The notes under the pieces: generated by a model
Databases searched by the model: none
What the model saw: only the letters and a program-made list of their open reading frames with translations
What the model was told of the DNA's origin: nothing
In this document: positions 11,297 through 24,055 of the stretch, piece after piece
Layout of the letters: each line of letters begins with the position of its first letter
Numbering within the stretch: the first letter of the stretch is position 1
Program-made: the position numbers and the translations under genes
Assembly: GCF_006345805.1 (NCBI RefSeq)
Contig: NC_042997.1
Location: forward strand, 15,748,001-15,812,000
Direction of reading: 5' to 3'
Length of the DNA: 64,000 bases
Origin: Octopus sinensis
Lineage: Eukaryota

Positions 11297-11394
11297 CAAC
11301 AGACAGGTGATAGACAGATAAATGGATAGAATAATAGATAGACAGACAGACAGACAGACAGATAGACAGACAGACAGATAGACAGACAGACAGT

Positions 11395-11455
<61 letters not shown>
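10897..11455. repeat. (GATA)n/(GACA)n array
   Basis: Direct reading. Confidence 0.95.
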
Positions 11456-11456
<1 letters not shown>

Positions 11457-11857
11457 TTATCTTTTACTTATTTCAGTTACTGGGCTGCGGCCATGCCAGG
11501 GCACCGCTTTGAAGGATTCTAGTCTAGCAAATTGACCCTAGTACTTGCTCAAAGTGTCAGGCAGTGGAACTGAATCCGAACCCATGCGGATAAGAAGCAA
11601 TCTTTTTACCACACAGCAATTCCTGGGCCTGTATAAAAACAATTTAACATTAAACAGAAGGACTACTCAGTACTTTTTAGTAGAGTATATATTTAACTTT
11701 TATAAGGAAAAAGTTGATAGTGACTTCAAAGTTTTGCCAGACTGAAGACGAGCCCCTTAATACCTCGATGTCATTATCAATCTTTTCCTCGTTAAAGTTA
11801 ATATATATATATATATATATATATATGCATGTATATACACAATATATATATACATAT

Positions 11858-12054
11858 GTGCGGGTGGCACGTAAAAAGCACCCACTACACTCACGGAGTG
11901 GTTGGCGTTAGGAAGGGCATCCAGCCGTAGAAACATTGCCAGATCAGACTGGGCCTGATGCAGCCTTCTGGCTTCACAGACCCCAGTTGAACCGTCCAAC
12001 CCATGCTAGCATGGAAAGCAGACGCTAATCGATGATGATGATGATGATGATGAT
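11858..12054 (+). mobile_element. 5'-truncated SINE/LINE tail with (GAT)n end
   Basis: GGTTGGCGTTAGGAAGGGCATCCAGCCGTAGAA motif, recalled as a widespread retroposon tail motif, followed by (GAT)n. Confidence 0.6.
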
Positions 12055-12175
12055 ATGCAAGCATATACATATGCATGTATATACATAAAGATAAGGAGAG
12101 AAACATACGTGCGTAGATTTACGCGCGCGCACACACACGCAGGCATGCACGAACGCGCATGCACACACTCACACA

Positions 12176-12220
<45 letters not shown>

Positions 12221-12586
12221 ACACACACTCACACACACACTCACACACACACACATATGTTATAATTTAAATGAGGAAAGAAGTCAAATTGACATTACAA
12301 TTGTTTCCGTGAACGGACGATATCATTTATTTCATATCCCATACAAAGTTATGCAATTCATATGATGTTATATAACACATGCTGTAATGTATGATAGGAC
12401 TACACGGCCACAGCAGGAAATGTATCAGGACGTGAAATGTAAAAGCCGGACTAGACTACTTTATGCGCAACTCCATTGTCTCCCGAGACAAAAGGGACGC
12501 CAACCAATAATGTATGGAAATGTGTAATGATATCCTTATAGTATCAATTGCAGTCATGCGAATTTCATTTTAATTTTGGAATAACT

Positions 12587-12818
12587 TATTTCTTTACTAC
12601 CCACAAGGGGCTAAACACAGAGGAGACAAACAAGGACAGACATACGGATTAAGTCGATTATATCGACCCCAATGTGTAACTGGTACTTAATTTATCGACC
12701 CCGAAAGGATGAAAGGCAAAGTCGACCTCGGCGGAATTTGAACTCAAGAACGTAACGGCAGACGAAATACCGCAAAGCATTTCGCCCGGCGTGCTAACGT
12801 TTCTGCCAGCTCGCCGCC
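12587..12818 (-). mobile_element. SINE-B (tail 1) with 13-bp TSD
   Basis: TSD TTTTGGAATAACT at 12574-12586 and 12819-12831. Confidence 0.92.
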
Positions 12819-12927
12819 TTTTGGAATAACTACGCTAGCCACGATCCAACATAATGTGCTAATGAGGCGATAGCTAATTTATAATTATCCCCTTAAGCTG
12901 TGTGTGTGTGTGTGTGTGAGTGTGAAG

Positions 12928-13225
12928 CTGCATCACACAGTGGTTAGAGCTTCAGGCTCACAATCATGAGGTAGTGAGTTCGATTCCCGGACCGGGTTGT
13001 GTGTTACCAAGATACTTTAATTCACTTTGGTCCAGTTTACTCGGCCGGAAATGAGTTGCAATGTCACTGGTGCCAAGCTGTATCGGCCTTTGCCCTTTTC
13101 TTCAATAACATTGGTGGCATGGAGACGGGCGGCTGGTATGCATGATGGGCGACTGCTAGTATTCCTTAAACGACTTTGCTGAGACTTGTGCTTCAGAGGG
13201 AAACTTTCTAGGTGTAATTCCGTGA

Positions 13226-13227
<2 letters not shown>
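12928..13227 (+). mobile_element. SINE-D
   Basis: tRNA-like head CAGTGGTTAGAGC...GTTCGATTCC; homologous to 17171-17503. Confidence 0.8.
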
Positions 13228-13319
<92 letters not shown>

Positions 13320-13364
13320 ACACAATGTGGTATATGCATAAAGGTGTGTGTATATATAAATATA

Positions 13365-13594
13365 TATCTCTTTACTACCCACAAGGAGTTAAACATAGAG
13401 GAGACAAACAAGGACAGACAAAGGGATTAAGTCGATTATATCGACCCCAGTGTGAAACTAGTACTTAATTTATCGACCCCGAAAGGATGAAAGGCAAAGT
13501 CGACCTCGGCGGAATTGAACTCAGAACGTAACGGCAGACGAAATACCGCTAAGCATTTCGCTCGGCGCGCTAACGTTTCTGCCAGCTCGCCGCC
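13365..13594 (-). mobile_element. SINE-B (tail 1)
   Basis: Reverse complement of SINE-B. Confidence 0.9.
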
Positions 13595-13629
13595 GTGTAT
13601 ATATGAATATACACACACACACACATAAG

Positions 13630-13932
13630 GTGTAGAGGCACATGACCTAGTGGTTAGAGCAGCGGACTCGCGGTCGAGGGATCGTGGGTTCGAGTCTCAG
13701 ACCGGGCGATGTGTGTTTTTATGAGCGTAACAACTAAGCTCCACGCGGTTCCGGCAGCAGGTAATGGCGAACTTCTGCTGACTCTTTCACCACAATTTTC
13801 TCTCACTCTTTCCTCCTGCATCTTGCAGCTCACCTGCGACGGACCGGCGTCCAGTCCAGGTGGGGAACTTATACACCAAGGTAACCGGAAACCGGCCCTT
13901 ATGAGCCATGCGTGGCTCGAGAAGGAACAAAC
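13630..13932 (+). mobile_element. SINE with SINE-C head/core and a different 3' tail
   Basis: Matches SINE-C to CTCTCACTCTT, then CAGCTCACCTGCGACGGACCGGCGTCC...GGCTCGAGAAGGAAC. Confidence 0.8.
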
Positions 13933-13938
13933 ACACAT

Positions 13939-15394
13939 GGTATCAAAAGTTCCCGGACTAATTCTATAGCGCGCCAACAGTGAGAGCTAGCAGAGTGACA
14001 TCGCTGTGTTTACTCCGCGAGTTGTGAAATTTGTATTTTTGTGATCCCGTGTATGCTGCGATTTTGTCATGAAGAGGAAGTTGGAAGTTGGAAGTTGGAA
14101 CAAAGATCAAAAGTAAAATTTTGCGTTAAACTTGGAGAAGTCTGCTACAGAGACATTGAGCATGCTTCGGCAAGCTTACGGTGACGAGGCAATGGGTTGT
14201 ACACAATGTTTCTTCTTCTTCTTGTCTTGAGACAGCATTCACCCAGGGTGGGTTGAGCTGGCTTCATTCATCCTCAATGCTGCATCTCTCAGAAACGCCG
14301 ACCAGGCCTGGCGATTTGAGGCTAACGACCGCGTGATCTCCAACCACTCCTCATACCAGCGGCGAACGCCGTAGACATAAGGGGCTTAGGTTGGGTTCCA
14401 GATCAGCCTTGACTGAAACCTGGCTGAAACCTGGATGATGAAAACGCAATGTTTCGAGTGGCACGAGCGCTTCAAAAGCGGAAGAACGTCTCCACGAGCG
14501 TTACCCCCCGGAAATATGGAGAAAAATTCATCAGCTTGTGCATGAGGATCGTCGGAGGACAATCAGCGACATTGCTGATATCGTTGGCCAATCGTATGGG
14601 TCTGTGCAGATAATCCTAACGTCTGAACTGAACATGCAGCATGTCTCTGCCAACTTTGTTCCTCGTCTGTTGACCACTGAGTATAAAAAAACAACACGTT
14701 GAAGCCTGTCAAGATCTCCGTCAGCGTGCCACCGATGACTCATCCTTCGTGTAGAGAGTCATCACCGGTGGCGAGAGTTGGGACTACGGATACGACCCTG
14801 AGATGAAGCAGTAGTCATTACAATGAAAGATGCCTTCATCCCCACGACCGAAGTAGGCACGACAGAGCCGTTGGTCAATCAAGAGCATGCTCATCGTCTT
14901 TTTTGCTTTTTTTCTCGGCATCTGCGGTATTGTGTACTGCGACGTTTTGAAACTTTCGAGGGAGGACATTTGGCGAAAGCGGCCGGATCTATGGAGCGCG
15001 AAGAAATGAATTCTTCACGACGACAATGCAACCTTGTCACCTAGCTCTCCTCACTCGCGAGTTTCTCGTCAAAAACAATATGGAATCGCTTCCGCACCCG
15101 CCCTATTCGCCAGATTTAGCGCCTCCGGACTCCCGTCTCTTCTCCAAGATGAAAATGTAGCTCAAAGGTCGCCGTTTTACCACTGTTATCGAGATCCAGA
15201 GCGAATCGCAGAAGGTCCTCGACTCGCTTACGGAAAGCGACTTTCAGGCCGGATTCTAAAAGTGGCAGGAACGCTGGGACCGGTGTAGTGCTGCGCAAGG
15301 TAACTATTTCAAAGGAGATAATGTTAAAACTTGGGTAAATAAGTTTTTTTTTTTATTAAACATAACTAGTCCGGGACTTTTTGATACCACCTTG
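13939..15394 (+). mobile_element. Decayed mariner (DD34D-type) transposon
   Basis: TIRs GGTATCAAAAGTTCCCGGACTA (13939-13960) and TAGTCCGGGACTTTTTGATACCACCTTG|TA (to 15394). Transposase remnants from ATG 14069: KFCVKL, FVPRLLT, ITG(G)ESW, HDDNA, PYSPDLAPPD; many stops and frameshifts. Confidence 0.9.
14213..14443 (-). mobile_element. RTE-type LINE 3' end inserted in the mariner
   Basis: Minus strand YVYGVRRWYEEWLEITRSLASNRQAWSAFLRDAALRMNEASSTHPG*, (GAA)n tail, TSD ACACAATGTTTC (14201-14212) / ACGCAATGTTTC (14444-14455). Confidence 0.8.
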
Positions 15395-16187
15395 TAGATG
15401 TTTATCTAGTTACGTTGGTTATATTTGAGTTGTGTGAGGTAATGTAAAGCAATTTCTCTTTGTAATTGCGAGTTGGGCCAGAGAGAAAACGTCGTAAATG
15501 CAGTTGGAGCCGGGATAGTCGACTCTTTTACCTTATATGGGAGTAATAACTTTAACGAATCGCTTGTGGATCGAAGATTTAAACTGATTTCTTCAAACCA
15601 TAGACTTGCCATTTTGCAATTTCAAAATCGAATAATTACTCAGCTTTTTCACTGAACCCCCACCTCCAACTTCCCAATGTGACCATTTCATTTTTTTTTT
15701 TTCAAGTATTACTAAAATCCAACATCGATATTTTTACGTGAGTAAGAACATTTGTTATTCAACGACCAGCTGTTGACAATGCTGACAATAACTAAGCTTA
15801 GTGTGAAAGGTGGGGGGGGGTGATTGGAGAGGAGGATAGACAGATAATGAGAGGGGGAGAAAGAGACAAAGGAAAGTTAGTATCAATTTGAGGATATGTT
15901 TGTGTATGCGTATATATCATAGGTGTGCTTGTGGAATTACTTGTCAGTGCGTGATATTTTTCTAAAAGAAATGTCTAAATAAGGGCAAAAATAACGTGTA
16001 TGATATCTTCGCTTCAGTGTGTGCTTATATATTTCTGTATACTTTTTATACACTCACATACACTCACACATATGGAGTAAATCATCGGCTGCCTTCTATA
16101 GTTACTCTCAACATGCAGAGAGTAACTAGAGCATATAGAGAGAGGGAGAGGAGAAGAAAGAGAGAGAGTAAGACAGGGAGAACGGGT

Positions 16188-16221
<34 letters not shown>

Positions 16222-16554
16222 AAGATATGTATATCTACACACATATACACGCGAGCACGCACTCACACACACACAGACACACACACACAGACACACACAC
16301 ACAGACACACACACACACACATCTACATAATAGGGTTATCTTAATCAGGGGATTACTGAAATTGTTCACACAAGGAAGGGCTCATTTCATTTGAATATAG
16401 AGCAGAACATTTTTTTACTACAAAACGTCCGACGATTGGGAAAAAGTTTCCTAGCAGGTAGGTTAGAGCCGTTAAGATTTTTTCCACTGAAACTAAAGAA
16501 AGAAAAACAAAAGTGGGTTATAAAGGAAGAAATCGGACCAAGTTAGGTTAATTA

Positions 16555-16790
16555 AGCCTTTAAGCTCACGTATACGCTTTAGTAGGCGCTACTTTGTTTG
16601 ATTCTCCTCATCGAAAACGCAAAAGTGTGAAGCCACGTAGTTTTGTGTTTGTGGCTGAAAATAACGAAATTTCTGCCAATTAACGAACTGTAAACATGAA
16701 ACTACATAGTTACTCGCTTTTGCGCCTTTCTAAGGCATAATCAAACGAAATCATACCCACTAAAGCCTACTCGCGGGTTTAAAGGGCTTC
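16555..16790. mobile_element. Possible old MITE with degenerate ~30-bp TIRs
   Basis: AAGCCTTTAAGCTCACGTATACGCTTTAGTAGG versus reverse complement of CCCACTAAAGCCTACTCGCGGGTTTAAAGGGCTT; several mismatches, no TSD identified. Confidence 0.35.
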
Positions 16791-17170
16791 TTACTCTTTC
16801 CTCTTGTCCCCTCGCCCACATAATGAAGTTATTCAACTTACTCCCACATTTTACCTTTATAACCTACATTTCCCTTTTTCTAGTATCGCCCTGCGAAGAG
16901 AAACTGACAGGGCCTGACATACCAGTTTTAAATTGTTTTGTACAATCGTCAGACACCCTGTATTTTACACAAGCATAAGGTGGAGGTGTATAATCGACAA
17001 TATCGAACACAGTACTTGAATGGTACTTATTTTATCATTTTCTGGCTCGATGAACGACAAAGCCGCCTTGGGCAGGAATTCAACTTAGAATGTAAAGGAT
17101 CATAACTAAATAATACAAAGCATTTCATTCAATGCGCTAATGATTCTGCCATTCTTGATATACATATAAA

Positions 17171-17503
17171 GGGTAAAGACCCCCTTCGGTCATGAATGAC
17201 CATGGGATTGCACCTAGAAAGTTACCCTCCTAGACACAAGTCCGGGCAAGGTTGTTTATGGAAGGCCAGCAGTCGCCCATGCATACCAGCCTCCCCTCTC
17301 CACGCTACCAGTGTTATCCAAGGGAAAGACAAAGGTCGATACAGCTTGGCACCTGTGACGTCGCAACTCATTTCTACAGCTGAGTGAACTGGTGCAACGT
17401 GAAATAAAGTGCCTTGCTCAAGAACACAACACGCAGCCCGGTCCGGGATTCGAGCTCACAACCTCACGATCGTAAGCTCGACGCTCTGACCACTGAGCCA
17501 TGC
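17171..17503 (-). mobile_element. SINE-D, full length
   Basis: Head GCATGGCTCAGTGGTCAGAGCG...TCGAATCCC, core GAGCAAGGCACTTTATTTCACG. Confidence 0.88.
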
Positions 17504-18019
17504 AATAGAAGGATATTTAACCCAGACATCTACGTATTTCTTATTTGTGTGTTTGTTGCTGTAGTAATTATTTAGTTCCTGGTCATTTTCTTATCGTTGA
17601 ATCCCAAGTTTAAAGGCGTTCCAAACATAAGCATTACAACAGTTTTCTTGCCATAAAAAATATTATTCAATATGTCCTTTATTTTTAAGAAACTAAATGT
17701 GGTTTTAGGAAAATTTGCTAGCTATTTCTAGCAGCATCATACAGGCTGTTATATCAGAAGCCTCATACAAGCTTCTTCGTTGATTCGTACATTTATTTTT
17801 GTTGTTGCGGTAGTTGTCTTTTTTCATTTTGTTGTACTTTTTCGATTATTGGGAAGTGATTATCCAAAAATGAACCTTGATAGACACGAGAAGCCATACA
17901 AATTGTAGAATTACATTTGTAAGTACAGGACACGTTGTACTTTCTCCACACTCAGTCTGTTTCTGTATTCAGAAACAGACTGAACACGAACATAGCGATT
18001 CTGAGTACGAACTTCGCGA

Positions 18020-18600
18020 TTCGGCAAAATACACTGAAAGAATAAGTAGCAAGGATCTTTTCGGTTTGAACGGCAGTTTTTCTAGCCATGTCATATGAAA
18101 TTGTCACCCATAATTATGACCCTAGTATCGATCGATTGCATTTCAATCTGTTATAGGGTTAGGGTTAGTTAGGGTTAATTAGGGTTAGGGGTTAGGGTTA
18201 GGGTTAGGGGTGGGGGGAAGGGTATCTTTTTTTCTTCAGAAATGTAAATAAACCCAATCTGTTTCTTAAACGAGGGAATATTCATACGGCACAAAATGTT
18301 TTCACCTCAATATACGTCATTGATTGGTTGAAATTGCAGAAATTGAAAAAAAAAACCCAACAAATATCTTACAAACTATAGAATTTTCTCAATAAAGCCA
18401 AGAGAAAAAGATGTTTTATAAACACATTCTACCAGTATACGAAGTTTAAAAGTATTTAGTTATGTGGAAATTATTTTTAAAAACTGCCGTTCAAACCGAA
18501 AAGATCCAGTAGCAAGCTTAAAAAATAAGTACTGGTTTCGATTCGCTCGACTAAACCGCTCCAGTATGGCCACAGTCAATTGACTGAAATAAGTTAAAGA
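18020..18600 (+). mobile_element. Old SINE-A 3' half interrupted by a MITE
   Basis: TTCGGCAAAA...GAATAAGTA before, and GCTCCAGTATGGCCACAGTCAATTGACTGAAA after, the MITE. Confidence 0.7.
18053..18506. mobile_element. MITE with perfect 28-bp TIRs, 8-bp TSD and internal (TTAGGG)n; Merlin-like
   Basis: TIR GGATCTTTTCGGTTTGAACGGCAGTTTT at 18053-18080 and 18479-18506; TSD AGTAGCAA at 18045-18052 and 18507-18514; telomere-type repeats ~18154-18210. Confidence 0.92.
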
Positions 18601-19412
18601 CAAAAGATATCTGGAATGGCCTTTGATCATAGTATTGCTCAGTTAGGAAGGCATCGAGCAAAACAACAACAACAACGGAATCATCATTCAGAAGCGCTCA
18701 GATAAATACGACCTTCCACCTGTTTCCCAAAGCAACAGACAACACCATATTAGACAAATACTAAAGTAGACCACCACCTGTCTCAAAAAACTGAATGAAA
18801 CAGATGTTATCAAGTTCTCGTGTATGATGGTGAAACTACTGAATTCTGTTTCATACACGCCGTCTGTGGTTGTTTTTAAATGTCTACAAACGGCGACTTT
18901 CAGCAAATCAAAGTTCCCACTTTCGAAATAAATCTATATACGGGTATTTACTGTTAAATGGAATTTAAATGGAAGCTGAGGAAAACCGCTCTATTGTTAA
19001 CTAATAAAGCTCATAGTTCAATATGTACACTAAGTAATTGCCTAATTATGCAATTATGCACGCACGTGTGTGTGTGAGAGAGAGAGAAAGAGAGAGAGAG
19101 AACAAGAGAGAGAGAGTTAGAGAGAGGGAGAGGGAGCAAGCGAGAGGGTGAGAGAGCAAGAGAGAGAGAGAGAGAGAGAGTTAGAGAGAGATAGACAGAA
19201 AGGGACAGAGAGACAGGGAGGAGCTATGTATATATCCATATGTACACACAAACACACATATATACATATACAAATACATCACACTCAAACATACATACAC
19301 ATACATATATACATACATACACACACACAGATACATACATACATACATACATACATAAATGCATACATACGTGTGTGTGTGTGCGTGCGTGTGTGAGTAT
19401 GTGTATGTTCGT

Positions 19413-19445
<33 letters not shown>

Positions 19446-19499
19446 ATCACAGAACCTCTCAAAATAAGAAACCACTTGTTTAGTATTATCCCAACCTAG

Positions 19500-19800
19500 T
19501 AAGATTATCCATGAAATCAGTCAAGCAACATCAATATTTATAATGACCATAGACCATGAATCGCAAAGCATATTCAACCTTACGTGGAAGGAAGGACAAC
19601 TCAGAAATACGAGACTTCAAGATACAAAAAAATCAGAAACAAGCATATCAAACATTCATTCTCATCATCAGCTGCTTAACGGATATCATTATGCTTTCGA
19701 CAGCTTGGCAATACTATTCTATCTGGCGGTATCAACAGCCTTAAAAACATAAACGCTGCTTGAGAATCAATAGACAAGTAACAAAATCGAAACGTTGGCT
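19500..19800 (+). mobile_element. Possible decayed Penelope-like GIY-YIG endonuclease fragment
   Basis: Broken frames give PYVEGRTTQKYETS and RLQDTKKSETSISNIHSHHQLLNGYHYAFD, loosely resembling Y.G.T.R...R..EH...SA...H....H.FD. Confidence 0.3.
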
Positions 19801-20052
19801 TAATATCCAATCACACATACACCTGCTCTTATTACAAATACCAACATCGAATATAAACAAAGTAATATCGAGTTATTGCTACATAGCTAGAAATTTATTA
19901 CAAAAAAAAATAGTACCTATACGAATTGCTCTCAAAAAAGAGACTGTGATCTCAAAAATAATTGTACAAAACAGAACTTGTGATTAGACGTTTTGAGCGT
20001 AGCCTACTGAACAACCGATGATAATACAACAAACAACTGTGGAAGCACTGTG

Positions 20053-20413
20053 GAAGCACTCCGTCGGTTACGACGATGGGGGTTCCGGTTGATCCGAATC
20101 AACGGAACAGCCTGCTCGTGAAATTAACGTGCAAGCGGCTGAGCACACCACAGACACGTGCACCCTTAACGTAGTTCTCGGGGATATTCAGCGTGACACA
20201 GAGAGTGACAAGGCCGGCCCCTTGAAATACAGGTACAACAATCAGAAGTAAGTTGAGAGTGAGAGAAAGTTGTGGTGAAAGAGTACAGCAGGGATCACCA
20301 CCATCCCCTGCCGGGGCCTCGTGGAGCTTTTAGGTGTTTTCGCTCAATAAACACTCACAACGATCCTATGACCGCGAGTCCGCTGCCCGACCACTGGGCC
20401 ATTGCGCCTCCAC
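20053..20413 (-). mobile_element. SINE-C with internal deletion
   Basis: Reverse complement of SINE-C. Confidence 0.88.
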
Positions 20414-20530
20414 CACAACGAACAACATGCCTAGAACAACAAACGTACAGATTAATTAATTAATTAACATAGACTAATAAATACGCTGTTCCACATTCTA
20501 TTATATATTCGAAGAATGCCTGTGTAATGA

Positions 20531-21023
20531 GCGCAGGAGTGGCTGTCTGGTAAGTAGCTTGCTTACCAACCACACGGTTCTGGGTTCAGTCCTCTACGTG
20601 GCACCTCGGGCAAGTGTCTTCTACTATAGCCTCTGGCCGACCAAAGCTTTGTGAGTGGATTTGGTAGACGGAAACTGAGAGAAACCCGTCGTATATAAAT
20701 AAATATATATGTACTCAGAGTACATATATATATTTATATATATATATGTACTCGGTTTTTTCGTTGTTTGAAAAAGTTTCCATGTTTTTGTTTTTATGTT
20801 TTCGTTTCTCATTGTGTTCAACGTTTTTTTTTTATGTCTTGTTCCCATATATGCATGTATATATACATATAGATGTAGGTATGTACATATATGTATGTAT
20901 ATATGCATATATTTATATAATATTTATATTATTATACGATCGAATGCCACGAATCCTTTTCAAAGTAAGTTATAATATATATATATATATATATACTATA
21001 TATATATATATATATATATAATG

Positions 21024-21054
<31 letters not shown>

Positions 21055-21141
21055 TCTATATATATATATATATATATATCCATATATATAATATATATAG
21101 ATATATATAAATTATACATATATATATATATATATAATATA

Positions 21142-21182
<41 letters not shown>

Positions 21183-21385
21183 TGTTGTATGGTATGTATG
21201 TACGTATGTGTAAGTGGTGTGGGTTGGTGTGCTTACATCTCCGTAACTTAACGCTTCGGCAAAAGAGACCGATAGAATAAGTACTAGGCTTACAAAGAAT
21301 AAGTCCTGGGGGCAATTTGTTCGAGTAAAGGTGGTGCTCCAGCACGGCCGCAGTCAAATGCCTGAAACAAATTAAAGAATAAAAG
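20531..21385 (+). mobile_element. SINE-A split at its internal (TA)n by ~500 bp of extra sequence
   Basis: Head 20531-20700, tail ~21215-21385, with (TA)n tracts and unrelated AT-rich DNA between. Confidence 0.75.
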
Positions 21386-21909
21386 AATGAACCGCACAAA
21401 AAAGAAACGAATATAAACTACCCATACTTATATAGGCTTTGTCATATTTAAATTTTAATTTTATTTCTTCTGATTTACGATGTGTTATACATAAAATGTA
21501 ATTAGGTTAATTAATGATGAGCCGTTAAAAACACAAAGATGACAGTTAGGCTATCCACTAATGTGCTAGCCTAATTTTTGACTGCTTTAACGACAGTCGA
21601 ACATTTTTTGCTAATGAGTATTGAAGGAAGCCAGGTTCTCTTGTGCGAGGAATGGTCAACAAATCGAGAACAGGTCTGTCAGAAGAGCGCTTATTAATAT
21701 AAAGAATGAAATAGTAGCGGGGGGGGGATACATGATTGCCATCGACTAGAAGCTTGTACTAGGTAAATACAAAAAATATATAAGTCGCTCCTATGGATTA
21801 TTTTCTTTATAATTCACTTCAAATACAAATCTTTAATGTCGCTTCATATTGTAACGAAATGATTATCGTCCTTGCAATAGCTGCGACCGTTATGGGACCA
21901 CATGGGCAC

Positions 21910-21987
<78 letters not shown>

Positions 21988-22391
21988 TGACAAATCAGTA
22001 CGGAACGACTTACACCTTATAATATATATTTTTCACCTTTTCAAGAACATGGATTCTATTGAATGTATATAGCATGGACTCTATTGAATGTATGTAACAA
22101 TTATGAACTGTTCCATTATACTTTTTATGTATATAGCATGACTCTATTGAATGTATGAAACAATATGAACTATTCCATTATAATCTTTATTATAAAAAAA
22201 TTCTTTTTGATAAGGTTCGTTACTTCAAGAACCGAAACATGTAAAAATTAAATTTATCTAATATAGTGGCATTTTCAAACTCTTTTTTACAAATATATAT
22301 AATATATATATATATATTCATATAATACACATAGATATACATGTGTGTGTATGTGTGTGTATATACACACACACACACATACACACACGTG

Positions 22392-22459
<68 letters not shown>

Positions 22460-22466
22460 TAATATA

Positions 22467-23007
22467 CAGTAGTACCTCGATAAACGAATTTATTGTTCCC
22501 AGAGATCGCTCGTAAAGCAGAGCACCAATTTCCCATAATACCAATGTTATAAATCATAATTTTTCGCTAGAAAAATATTTTATCTATAAAACTTATAATA
22601 TTCGTAAATAAATGGCACTAAAATGACAGTAGAATGTAAAGAATATTTTAAGTAAAGTAAAAAAATGTCAATATCATTTATAAAAAAAAATATTATTATT
22701 ATAATCGCTTTTTGAATCCCTTGCACTCGCACTAGACTCGCAAGTTGTTTTTCTTAAAAATAATCTGCAAGTCCGTCTACTAGTGCTTGTGAATCGGCAA
22801 TCGCGTCGACAAGTGATGGTGGTGAAGCCATTTTTTTCACTCCCTATAAATTTCGCAGTAAAACACGGAAGCATTTGTTAATCGTAGTAGAAACTTTTAC
22901 CCTTCGTTCAAAATTTGGATCGTGTGCTTGAAAAATTTCAGTTTTCCATACAAAAAGTGAGCTGAAGAATAAAACTCGTAAACCCGGTGTCTCGTAAAGC
23001 GGGCCCT
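22467..23007. mobile_element. Tigger/pogo-like non-autonomous DNA transposon remnant
   Basis: TA|CAGTAGTACCTCGATAAACG left end; repeated CTCGTAAA(GC) subterminal motifs at both ends; right TIR decayed. Confidence 0.5.
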
Positions 23008-23281
23008 CATATATATATATATATATATAATTTATATATATAAAATATATAGAACAATATATATTATATATATAGATATTATATGTGTGTGTAAAGTAAA
23101 AAAAATATACAAACTGGACAAGAACGTGAAACTTAGAAGACGACACAAAAAAACACAGAAAAACACAGGACGGGACATCGAAGCCCTCATCTTCATCAAG
23201 AACCAGATCATCTTAGCAATTTCGGCTGAGTAATCTCGAACCGAACAACACACACACACCTATAGATATATATATAATATA

Positions 23282-23316
<35 letters not shown>

Positions 23317-23623
23317 CACACCATATATATACATACACACACCCATACTCATAAATATAGTCGCGCACACTTGCATGTGTACACGTGACTGTGTGTACGT
23401 GTACCATACAAAACAGTAGTAAAACGAGATGAAGGCAACAGCTTGCAGAAGTGTAATATCTGAAAGGAAAGGTATTGAACAATGGACAAGCCAGACAAAG
23501 TGATTAGTTACTTAAATCTTTCTCTTGGTCATCAAATGAATTATATTCTCTTCTGCATATTTGTTTTTTAAGTTTTGGTTTAGTTTTTCTTTGATTTTAT
23601 TTTATTTTATTTTATTTTATTAT

Positions 23624-24055
23624 TACTCTTTACTCTTTTACTCTTTTACTTGTTTCAGTCATTTGACTGCGGCCATGCTGGAGCACCGCCTTTAGTCGAG
23701 CAAATCGACCCCCGGACTTATTCTTTGTAGCCCAGTACTTATTCTATCGGTCCCTTTTGCCGAACCGCTAAGTGACGGGGACGTAAACCCACACCATCAT
23801 CGGTTTCAAGCAATGCTAGGGGGACAAACACAGACACACAAACACACACACACATACATACATATATATATATATATATACATATATACGACAGGCTTCA
23901 TTCAGTTTCCGTCTACCAAATCCACTCACACAAGGCATTGGTCGGCGGCCCGGGCTATAGCAGAAGACACTTGCCCAAGATGCCACGCAGTGGGACTGAA
24001 CCCGGAACCATGTGGTTGGTTAGCAAGCTACTTACCACACAGCCACTCCTGCGCC
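23624..24055 (-). mobile_element. SINE-A, full length
   Basis: As 7516-7913. Confidence 0.9.

Noticed and set aside
18154-18210. True telomere or chromosome-fusion scar
   Set aside because: The repeats are short, single-orientation and enclosed by TIRs and a TSD.
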